DNA of 64,000 nt from Lachnospiraceae bacterium (GTDB lineage Bacteria; Bacillota; Clostridia; Lachnospirales; Lachnospiraceae): NCBI GenBank assembly GCA_017405805.1, contig JAFQZU010000004.1, positions 6,379 to 70,378 of the forward strand, read 5' to 3'. The notes under the pieces were generated by a model, which was given only the letters and a program-made list of their open reading frames with translations, was not told where the DNA came from and searched no databases. The stretch's first letter is position 1. Every line of letters begins with the position of its first letter. Position numbers and translations under genes: made by a program. Below, piece by piece: positions 25,036 through 33,199 of this stretch.

Positions 25036-27843
25036 TTAATCCAGCGCATAGAACTGGATCTCTTCTCTCTTTGCGAAGCTTTCAGCCTCGGAGCCGCGGT
25101 AGCCGTAGATGCCGTCCATTGCAAAGGCATCGAGGGCGCCGCTCTGGATATAGGTGACGCTTCGAGGGACGATGATCTTGCTGCAGCCGGTCGCGCTGCC
25201 CCAGGAGACGGCGCTGTTGCCGACCGTTACATTGAATTTGTAGATGTCGGTGATGCCCGAATCGATCACGAGGGTGCTCGAGCTGCCGCTCCAGGGATAA
25301 CGGGTCTCGCCGTACTCGGTGTAGCTGAGCGAGGTGAAGACCGATTTGCTCAGGGAGCCGCTGCCGCTCAGGTGGAGTTCGGAGTTCTTGGTATACCATT
25401 TGAGGTCACCGGTGCCGCCGCTCTCACCGCCGCCGCCCTTGCTCTCCTGCAGGACGCCGTTGCTGTCGAAGTAGTAATCCTTGCCGCCGATCCGCTTCCA
25501 TCCGGTCTGCATGACGCCGTTTCCGTCGAAGTAATAGGTCTTTCCGCCGGCAGTCAGCCATCCGGTCTGCATGCGGCCGTTGGAGTTGAGGTAATACCAG
25601 CTGCCGTCGATCTTCTTCCAGCCGGTATCCAGCGCACCGCTGGAGGAGAAGTGATAGAAGCTGCCGTCGATCCTGAGCCAGCCTCTGACCATTCTGCCGC
25701 TGCTGGGGTTCATGTAGTAGCGGGTGCTGTTGACGGTGAGCCATCCGGTCTGCAGGACGCCCCAGCTGTCAGCGTAGTACCAGTCGTTGCCGTTTCTGAT
25801 CCAGCCGCCCTTCTGCATGACGCCCCACTCGTTGAGATAGTAGAGCTTTCCGCCCGAATTCACGACCGTGGACTTGAGCATGATGCCCTTGTCGTTCATG
25901 TAGTGCCAGCCGTCTGTATTCTGCACGAAGCGGTTGCGGGCCATAGCGCCCTTTCTGGAGGGATCGAGGTAATACCAGTTGCCGTCGATCTGTTTCCATC
26001 CGGTCTGGACGACGCCGTAGCCGTCGGAGTGATAGCGCTCTCCGCTGACGGTGAGCCATCCGTTGACCTTCATGGCGCCGGTGGTCCCGTCAAGAAGGTA
26101 ATATTTGCCGTTGATCCTTGTGACGCCGGTCGCGAGCAGGCCGTCGGCCTTGAAATAGTACCAGACGTTTTTGATCCTGGCCCAGCCGATCGTCAGGACG
26201 CCCCAGTCATCCGCATAGTAGCGGCGGTTTCCTGCGATGATCCAGCCGCCCTTCTGCATGACGCCCCAGTCGTCCATGTAGTAGAACTTGCCGTCGTGGC
26301 GGATCGATCTGGATTTCTGCATGACGCCGTCGGCGTTGACGAAATGCCATCCGTCGTAGTTCTGTACGAAGCGGCTCTTTGCCATGGCGCCCTTTTTGGC
26401 GGGATCCATGTAATACCACTTGCCGTTGTCCTGGATCCAGCCCTTCTGAACGATGCCGTAGCCGTCGGAGTGATACCAGTAAGAGCCGACTTTAAGCCAG
26501 CCGTTTACGATCATGGCGCCGGACGTGTTGTCCAGGAGGTAAGTCTTGCCGCCGATCGTCCGCATGCCGGTGAGCATGGCGCCCTTTCTGGAAGGATCCA
26601 GATAGTACCATTTGCCGTTGACCTTCTGCCATCCGGTCTGGACGACGCCGTAGCCGTCGGAGTGATACCAGCTCTTGCCCAGCTGCAGCCAGCCGTTGAC
26701 GACCATGGCTCCGTTGGTGGTGGTCAGGAGATAATATTTGCCGTCGATGAGCGACATGCCGGTTCGGCGGGCGCCCTTTCTGGCGGGGTCGAGGTAGAAC
26801 CATTTCGTGCCGATCTTGGTCCAGCCGGTCTGCAGGACGCCGTAGCCGTCGGCATGATAGTAGTTTGCGCCCAGAATGCACCAGGCGTTTACGATCATGG
26901 CGCCGCTGGTCCCGTGAAGCAGGTAGGTCTTGCCGCCGATCGCGGTGATGCCGGTCCGGCGGGCGCCTTTTTTGGCGGGATCGAGGTAATACCATCTGGT
27001 GTCGATCTGCTGCCAGCCGGTCAGCACGATGCCGTGCGGATCGGCCCGGTGTACGCCGGTGCCGACCTTGAACCACTTATCCACCTGCATGTGTCCGTTT
27101 TTGTCAAAATAGTGCAGATTCTTATCGATGGTCATAAAAGCGGAATCGACCCTGGCGCCTGCGGCCTTGGGATCCAGATAATACCAATAGCTGCTGTATT
27201 CCAGCCAGCCCGTGTGGAGTTTGCCCGTGGTCTCGTCGTAGTAGTACCACTTGCCGTCCTTCTCCACCCAGCCCTTGGTGGCGGGCGCGTTGGCTGCTTC
27301 GGTGCCGGGCTCGACCGTCACGGCAGGCGCTGCGGCCGCCGCCGGTTCGTCCGCGCTGTCGGTTTTCGGGACTGCCGCATCGGCTGTCTCGGGCGCCGCT
27401 TCCTCAGCGTCTGCGGTGTCGCTTGTGACAGCGGGTTCCGCGGTCACGGCATCCGAAGCTTCTGCGTCGTCCTGTGCTGCAGGCGCAGGCGCTTCCTCAT
27501 CGGAAGACGGTCCTTCGGCGTCTTCCTCAGAGATCACATCCGCATCGTCTGCGGCGTCATCAGACGGGGCAGCCGTATCGACGGCGGCAGCGCCGTCAGA
27601 GGGAGCATCCGCTTCGCCGGTAACAGTGCCGTCGTCGGAGACGGCCTCCGCGTCGTTTTCCTGCGCGTCAGCTTCGTCCTGCGCGGGTGCCTGCTCCTGT
27701 GCTGCGCCTTCCTCCGGCGCGCCATTCTCCTCAGATGTCACGGCTTCTGTCTGCGCGGCGTTTTCCGCAGCGGAGACATTGGCGGCAGGCACGGCACTCA
27801 CGAGCAGAGCTGCGGCAAGTATCCATGCTATGTTTCTTTTCAT
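25036..27843 (-). CDS. Secreted cell-wall (choline-binding type) repeat protein with acidic N-terminus and BspA/LRR-like C-terminal domain
   Basis: Signal peptide; Ala/Asp/Glu-rich segment; >20 TGW..I.GKWYY repeats; C-terminal LHLSGSG..PW..IDSGITDI..IVPRSVTYI..IYGYRGSEAE. Confidence 0.85.
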   Translation of the reverse strand: MKRNIAWILAAALLVSAVPAANVSAAENAAQTEAVTSEENGAPEEGAAQEQAPAQDEADAQENDAEAVSDDGTVTGEADAPSDGAAAVDTAAPSDDAADDADVISEEDAEGPSSDEEAPAPAAQDDAEASDAVTAEPAVTSDTADAEEAAPETADAAVPKTDSADEPAAAAAPAVTVEPGTEAANAPATKGWVEKDGKWYYYDETTGKLHTGWLEYSSYWYYLDPKAAGARVDSAFMTIDKNLHYFDKNGHMQVDKWFKVGTGVHRADPHGIVLTGWQQIDTRWYYLDPAKKGARRTGITAIGGKTYLLHGTSGAMIVNAWCILGANYYHADGYGVLQTGWTKIGTKWFYLDPARKGARRTGMSLIDGKYYLLTTTNGAMVVNGWLQLGKSWYHSDGYGVVQTGWQKVNGKWYYLDPSRKGAMLTGMRTIGGKTYLLDNTSGAMIVNGWLKVGSYWYHSDGYGIVQKGWIQDNGKWYYMDPAKKGAMAKSRFVQNYDGWHFVNADGVMQKSRSIRHDGKFYYMDDWGVMQKGGWIIAGNRRYYADDWGVLTIGWARIKNVWYYFKADGLLATGVTRINGKYYLLDGTTGAMKVNGWLTVSGERYHSDGYGVVQTGWKQIDGNWYYLDPSRKGAMARNRFVQNTDGWHYMNDKGIMLKSTVVNSGGKLYYLNEWGVMQKGGWIRNGNDWYYADSWGVLQTGWLTVNSTRYYMNPSSGRMVRGWLRIDGSFYHFSSSGALDTGWKKIDGSWYYLNSNGRMQTGWLTAGGKTYYFDGNGVMQTGWKRIGGKDYYFDSNGVLQESKGGGGESGGTGDLKWYTKNSELHLSGSGSLSKSVFTSLSYTEYGETRYPWSGSSSTLVIDSGITDIYKFNVTVGNSAVSWGSATGCSKIIVPRSVTYIQSGALDAFAMDGIYGYRGSEAESFAKREEIQFYALD

Positions 27844-27903
27844 ACTGTATCCTCCATTACAACTGAAACATGAATGTTGAATTTCAAGTTCCTGTACCTC
27901 ATT

Positions 27904-27932
27904 ATAATAATCGATGCTATGGGCATTTGCAA
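27904..27932 (-). promoter_or_regulatory. Putative sigma-A promoter of the surface-protein gene
   Basis: Minus strand TTGCAA-N17-TATTAT. Confidence 0.5.
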
Positions 27933-28124
27933 AAAATGCACAAAATGTAACAGCATCGTAACAAAAATGACAAGGGCTGCATTTTTATGTGATGAACAGG
28001 ATATACGTGGATTTATAAGGGCGCAGACGTATATAATAGCAGACGGGAAAAGAAGGGCCGTGTGACACGGACCGTCCCGGCAAAAAAGTTAAACCACGCA
28101 AGACGAAAGGAGACAAAGAAATAT

Positions 28125-28619
28125 ATGGGAACAACAGCTGCGGGAGTGTTCGGCATTCTGACGGGGGCGTTGTTTTTTGTCGTACTGTGGTATGCGCTGA
28201 CTTTGGCAGCGAGGTGGATGGTCTTCTCCAAGGCGGGGATCGCCGGATGGAAGGCTTTCATTCCAATCTACAGCACGTACTGCCTGTACAGGATCGCATG
28301 GAGGCGCAACTACTTCTGGTGGTACCTGGCCGCACTGGTCATTTCCTCCTACGTGAATTCCGATATTGAACGACTGACGGAGGCCGGTCAGGCGGTTCCG
28401 GCGCTGTTCGGACTTTTATCGACGGTGCTGGGATTGATCATCCTGGTCCTGAATGTCATGGTCAATATTCATCTGGCGGCGAGATATGGTCACAGCTTCC
28501 TTTTCGGTCTGGGACTCATGATCCTGCCTCCCCTGTTCACGATCATTCTGGGCATGGGCGCGAGCGAGTACCGGGGTAATCCCGCGGAGGGACTGCCGCC
28601 CAGAAGATACTACGTCTGA
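28125..28619 (+). CDS. DUF5684-like membrane protein
   Basis: VFSKAGIAGWKAFIPIY ... ARYGHSFLFGLGL..ILG....Y pattern; AAGGAG RBS. Confidence 0.75.
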   Translation: MGTTAAGVFGILTGALFFVVLWYALTLAARWMVFSKAGIAGWKAFIPIYSTYCLYRIAWRRNYFWWYLAALVISSYVNSDIERLTEAGQAVPALFGLLSTVLGLIILVLNVMVNIHLAARYGHSFLFGLGLMILPPLFTIILGMGASEYRGNPAEGLPPRRYYV

Positions 28620-28637
28620 CGGCGTGCCATGAGGACT

Positions 28638-28700
28638 CCATACAAAAGACTGCGGCTCCCGGGAATGCTTTTCCCGGGGGCTGCAGTCTTTTTTGTATGG
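28638..28700. terminator. Bidirectional intrinsic terminator
   Basis: CCATACAAAAGACTGCGGCTCCCGGGAA...TTCCCGGGGGCTGCAGTCTTTTTTGTATGG between convergent genes. Confidence 0.8.
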
Positions 28701-28701
28701 T

Positions 28702-29358
28702 TCAGAGCCTTGTCAGGCAGTCCGGAAGCTGGGAGAAGCTGTCGATGGACAGATCCCACTCCTGTGCCCTGCCAAAGCCGTAAGTACAGAAGATGAAAGG
28801 GACGCCGGCCTTGCGGGCGGACAGCCGGTCCGTCTCGGTGTCCCCCACGTAGACGGCCTTCCGCAGGCCGTACTTCTCGACGACGGCGGCGATATTGGCG
28901 GCCTTGTTGTCGTGGGGGTGCCCAAGGCAGGCAAAATTCTCGATCCGGTCCCGCAGACCGTTCGTGGTCGTGAACACGTCCACGTAGTCCGGCGCGCAGT
29001 TGCTCACGATAAAAAGTCTGTAATGCTGCCGCAGTATATCCAGCGTCGGGGAGACATCCGGATAGCAGAGAGAGCGGCCCAGTTCCCACAGGTAGCGGTT
29101 GTTGAGCTGATCGCAGTACGTCATGAGCCGGGAGCGTATCTTCATTTCCAGATGGGGAAACAGGTCCTCGAAAATCACCGGGAGGGGCTTGCCGAATTCC
29201 CTGCGGATATCGTCGGCAGTGACCGTGATCTGCGGGACATCGTCAAAACGCCGGATCCCGTCTGTATACGCTCTTCCGGAGATCTCCGCGGTGTCCCAGA
29301 GGGTTCCGTCTATGTCCAGCAGAATGGCGTCGGCTTGAAGCGGGGCAGGTCGGTTCAT
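28702..29358 (-). CDS. HAD family hydrolase (phosphoglycolate phosphatase-like)
   Basis: LDIDGTLWD, VSNC, K, YVGDTETD, YGFG. Confidence 0.92.
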   Translation of the reverse strand: MNRPAPLQADAILLDIDGTLWDTAEISGRAYTDGIRRFDDVPQITVTADDIRREFGKPLPVIFEDLFPHLEMKIRSRLMTYCDQLNNRYLWELGRSLCYPDVSPTLDILRQHYRLFIVSNCAPDYVDVFTTTNGLRDRIENFACLGHPHDNKAANIAAVVEKYGLRKAVYVGDTETDRLSARKAGVPFIFCTYGFGRAQEWDLSIDSFSQLPDCLTRL

Positions 29359-30029
29359 CTTGTCTGATCCTCTCTTGTTTGTTTTTCAGTATACGGTTTC
29401 AGCAGTTTCCGGATTTCCCCTTCCATCTCTTTCGCGAAGGAGAGGCTCCCTTTTTCGGTAAAATGGACGTCGTCATAAGCCAGTTCGATGTCCCAGGCAG
29501 TGGTATCGATGCAGAGCACGCGCCCGCCGTGACCGGCAGGGATCTTCCGGTACAGCTCGGCCAGCCGCACCGATTCGGCGTAATAGCGGTAGTAAGGGTC
29601 TTCTTTGCGGACATGGACGGCGGCATAGGGCGGGATCATAAGGATGACGCGCGCGCCGGCTTCCCGGAGGGCAGGCAGGTCCAGGAGCCATTCCACCAGT
29701 GTGTGCATCCGGCCAGCCGCCGCCGCGGCGTCGGGCCGGGCTGTCATGAGCAGGTCGTTGGTGCCCAGCATGACGGCCGCATAGTCCAGAGGGGACGCCC
29801 TGCGGATCATCTGTTCCAGCCACCGGTACTCCGTGCGGGAGACGGGGATCGAGCGCCCGTTCATTCCCTCAAAGGTAAAGTCGCAGGTGCCGCGGAAGGT
29901 CTTCTGCAGGATATCCGCCCACCGGACGTCTGCGGGGTACCGGCCGCCCAGAAAGCCCCGGGGGTCGAAGCCGTAGGTGTTGGAGTCGCCGTAAAAAAAG
30001 AAGCGGGTGAGACGGTTCGGCTTGTTCAT
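29355..30029 (-). CDS. SGNH/GDSL family lipase/esterase
   Basis: YGDSNTYG, EGMNGR, MLGTNDL, DDVHF. Confidence 0.92.
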   Translation of the reverse strand: MNKPNRLTRFFFYGDSNTYGFDPRGFLGGRYPADVRWADILQKTFRGTCDFTFEGMNGRSIPVSRTEYRWLEQMIRRASPLDYAAVMLGTNDLLMTARPDAAAAAGRMHTLVEWLLDLPALREAGARVILMIPPYAAVHVRKEDPYYRYYAESVRLAELYRKIPAGHGGRVLCIDTTAWDIELAYDDVHFTEKGSLSFAKEMEGEIRKLLKPYTEKQTREDQTR

Positions 30030-30158
30030 TTGATCTCCTCAGTATGTAAAAGGATGTATAAGGCTTCTGCTGATGTTTCAATTTTACCATATTACGGCGC
30101 ATGTTGTGATATGATGAGGTAAGACATTGCTGACTATCGCAAAAAGGAATGCATCACC

Positions 30159-32666
30159 ATGAACCCTGATAAAAACGTCAAAATGATTCCCCGCGCCATC
30201 CAGGTGCGCGGCGCAAAAGTCCATAATCTCAAAAATATCGACGTAGATATCCCGCTGGGCGGTATCACCGGCATAGCCGGTGTGTCCGGATCCGGAAAAT
30301 CCTCGCTGGCCCTGGGCGTCCTGTATGCGGAGGGATCCAGGAGATATCTGGAGTCCCTGTCCACCTACACGCGGAGAAGGATGACCCAGGCCGCCAGGGC
30401 GCAGGTGGAGGAAGTGCGGTATGTGCCGGCGGCGCTGGCCCTGCATCAGCGTCCGGGCGTGCCAGGGATTCGCAGCACCTTCGGCACCATGACGGAGCTC
30501 CTCAACAGTCTGCGGCTTATGTTCTCGCGGCTGTCCTCCCACCGGTGCCCCAACGGGCATTACCTGGAACCGAGCCTCAACGTGGCAGCCGGGCTGGAGC
30601 TGTCCTGCCCCGTCTGCGGAGAACATTTCTATGCGCCCGGGGCTGAAGAACTGGCCTTCAACAGCGCGGGCGCCTGTCAGCGCTGCGGCGGGACCGGCGT
30701 CACGAGGACCGTCGATGAGACGAAGCTGGTACCCAACGAGGATCTGACCATCGACCAGGGCGCGGTGTCGGTGTGGGGGACGCTGATGTGGTCGCTGATG
30801 AAGGACGTGTGCCGGGAGATGGGCGTGCGCACGGACGTCCCTTTCCGCGACCTGACGGAGGCGGAAAAAGAAATCGTCTACCACGGCCCGGCGCAAAAGC
30901 GGCATATCCTGTATCTCAACCCGCAGACAGAACAGACGGCGGAGATGGACTTTACCTATTACAATGCGGTCTATACGGTGGAAAACGCGCTGTCCAAGGT
31001 CAAGGACGAAAAAGGCATGAAGCGCGTGGAGCGGTTCCTGAAGGAGGGCGAGTGTCCGGACTGCAAAGGAACGAGGCTCTCCGATGCGGCGCGCGCGCCG
31101 AGGCTGCGCGGGATCGGGCTGGATCAGGCGACAGCCATGACCTTGACGGAGCTCGTGCAGTGGGTAAAGGAAGTGCCGGGATCCCTCCCGGAGCCCATGC
31201 GCCCCATGGCGGCCAATATCTGCGAGTCCTTTCTGGACACATCGGCCAGGCTGATGGATCTGGGTCTGGGCTATCTCTCGCTGGACCGCGCGGGCGCCAC
31301 CCTCTCCACGGGAGAGCGGCAGCGCGTGCAGCTGGCGAGGGCCGTGCGCAACCGGACGACCGGCGTACTGTATGTCCTGGACGAGCCCTCCATAGGGCTT
31401 CACCCCTACAATCTGCGGGGACTGACCGGCGTCATGGACGATCTGGCGGCGGACGGCAACTCCGTTGTCCTGGTGGATCATGATGTCCAGGTCCTCATGC
31501 ATGCGGACCGGCTGATCGAGATGGGGCCCGGCGCCGGCGCGGCGGGCGGCAGAGTGATCGCCCAGGGCACGGTGCGCGATCTTGTAAACAGCCCCGATTC
31601 GGTGATCGGGCCTTATCTGGCGGACAGCGGCCCTCTGGGAAAGTGGGGGAGCGGAGGCCGGGGAGAGCCTCTTTTTGCGGACGGAAGGATAAAGCTGTCC
31701 ACTGCCGCCATCCACACGGTGCATCCCCTGGAGGCGGAGATCCCCAAGGGACGGCTGACAGTCGTCACGGGCGTCTCCGGGTCCGGCAAAACAACCCTCA
31801 TCCTGGAGAGCCTGGTGCCCGCCCTCGCCGCCCATGTAAAGGGAGAAAAGCTTCCGGCCCACGTCCTGCGCATCGAGGCGGAGGGCATCCGGCAGGTCAA
31901 GCTGATCGACGCGACCCCCATCGGGATCAACGTGCGCTCCACCGTCGCCACCTACGCGGGCATCCACGACGAGCTGCGCAAGATCTACGCGCGCACGCCC
32001 GACGCGAGAGAACAGGGCTTTAAGGCCGGAGACTTCTCCTATAATACGGGAAAACTCCGCTGCCCGGTCTGCGACGGCACCGGCCAGATCTCCCTGGACG
32101 TCCAGTTCCTTCCGGACGTGCAGATCACCTGCCCGGATTGCAGGGGGACGCGCTACCGGAAAGAGGCGCACGAAGTCCTGCGGCCGGTGAAAGACGGGAA
32201 GGCCTTCAGTCTCCCCGCCCTGATGGCAATGAGCGTGGACGAGGCCATGGAGGCCTGCGCGGACCTTGCCCTGCCCAAAAAAAGGCTGCAGGTCCTCCAC
32301 GACCTGGGCCTCGGATATCTGACGCTGGGAGAGGAGACGCCGGGGCTGTCCGGCGGCGAGGCGCAGCGCCTCAAGCTGGCCAGCGAGATGGGAAAGGGGC
32401 AGGAGGATTCGGTCTTTGTTTTTGACGAGCCCACCATCGGGCTGCACCCGCAGGACGTCGGCGTGCTGATGGAGGTCTTCCGGCGCCTGATCAGCCGCGG
32501 GGCGACGGTCGTCGTGATCGAGCACGATCTGGACGTGATCCGCAGCGCGGACTATATCATCGACATGGGACCGGGCGGCGGCGCCGAGGGCGGCCGGATC
32601 GTGGCTGCGGGCACGCCGGACGAGATCAGGGAATGCGTGGAGAGCGTGACGGGGCGATTTTTGTAA
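30159..32666 (+). CDS. Class II UvrA-like ABC ATPase (DrrC/UvrA2-like)
   Basis: Two ABC domains ([16 protein letters not shown]; [16 protein letters not shown]) with Zn fingers; 835 aa; lacks the UvrB-binding insertion present in the uvrA at 44252. Confidence 0.88.
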   Translation: MNPDKNVKMIPRAIQVRGAKVHNLKNIDVDIPLGGITGIAGVSGSGKSSLALGVLYAEGSRRYLESLSTYTRRRMTQAARAQVEEVRYVPAALALHQRPGVPGIRSTFGTMTELLNSLRLMFSRLSSHRCPNGHYLEPSLNVAAGLELSCPVCGEHFYAPGAEELAFNSAGACQRCGGTGVTRTVDETKLVPNEDLTIDQGAVSVWGTLMWSLMKDVCREMGVRTDVPFRDLTEAEKEIVYHGPAQKRHILYLNPQTEQTAEMDFTYYNAVYTVENALSKVKDEKGMKRVERFLKEGECPDCKGTRLSDAARAPRLRGIGLDQATAMTLTELVQWVKEVPGSLPEPMRPMAANICESFLDTSARLMDLGLGYLSLDRAGATLSTGERQRVQLARAVRNRTTGVLYVLDEPSIGLHPYNLRGLTGVMDDLAADGNSVVLVDHDVQVLMHADRLIEMGPGAGAAGGRVIAQGTVRDLVNSPDSVIGPYLADSGPLGKWGSGGRGEPLFADGRIKLSTAAIHTVHPLEAEIPKGRLTVVTGVSGSGKTTLILESLVPALAAHVKGEKLPAHVLRIEAEGIRQVKLIDATPIGINVRSTVATYAGIHDELRKIYARTPDAREQGFKAGDFSYNTGKLRCPVCDGTGQISLDVQFLPDVQITCPDCRGTRYRKEAHEVLRPVKDGKAFSLPALMAMSVDEAMEACADLALPKKRLQVLHDLGLGYLTLGEETPGLSGGEAQRLKLASEMGKGQEDSVFVFDEPTIGLHPQDVGVLMEVFRRLISRGATVVVIEHDLDVIRSADYIIDMGPGGGAEGGRIVAAGTPDEIRECVESVTGRFL

Positions 32667-32718
32667 TGAGGGAAGGCAGGGGAGCGGAAGCTCTCCTGCC
32701 TCTGTAAAAGAAAAAAAG

Positions 32719-32751
32719 AAAGGCATCTGACGATCCATGTCAGATGCCTTT
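32719..32751. terminator. Hairpin terminator shared by uvrA2 and tRNA-Gln
   Basis: AAAGGCATCTGAC-GATCCAT-GTCAGATGCCTTT preceded by an A-run. Confidence 0.8.
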
Positions 32752-32760
32752 AATTATGCG

Positions 32761-32833
32761 CTGGGCTAGAAGGATTCGAACCTTCAAAATGACGGAGTCA
32801 GAGTCCGCTGCCTTACCGTTTGGCTATAGCCCA
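32761..32833 (-). tRNA. tRNA-Gln (anticodon CTG), CCA not encoded
   Basis: TGGGCTATAGCCAAACGGTAAGGCAGCGGACTCTGACTCCGTCATTTTGAAGGTTCGAATCCTTCTAGCCCAG cloverleaf. Confidence 0.95.
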
Positions 32834-33199
32834 TTAATCTTCCGAGCTGTTTGCTCGCTACGGATTTTGATTATAAAGGATGTCTCTCCCTTTTGCAAGT
32901 CCTTTTTTGAAATTTGGAGCAAAATCTTTGGAGGGGAAAAGGATGGGGCAAAGTGCACAACTTAAGGGTGTAAAAACTAGGCATAATAGACAACCACAGG
33001 GAAGAGTTACAGGAAAACTATCAATATGTTACTAAATTATTAAGAAAAATATGGAAATATTACAAATAGAAAATTAAAAGTTAAAAAAGTATACTAATTC
33101 CTGTAAGAATAATGACCGGGCATCAGTTCGCTGCACAGCAGCCGCGGAAGCATTGGAGAGGATGCCGCGCGCCGGCCATTTACCACAGGAGGACGGAAA

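Noticed and set aside
25015-27873. 952-aa ORF antisense to the surface protein, and similar long antisense ORFs (e.g. 30084-32738, 41833-44217, 47155-49275, 61343-63202)
   Set aside because: Shadow ORFs from strong GC3 codon bias; they mirror real genes and show no protein motifs
30030-30158. LexA/SOS box upstream of uvrA2 or uvrB
   Set aside because: No GAAC-N4-GTTC match seen
32761-32833. tRNA-Gln as integration site of an active element
   Set aside because: No integrase and no duplicated tRNA 3' end noticed in the window; the missing CCA is normal given the cca gene
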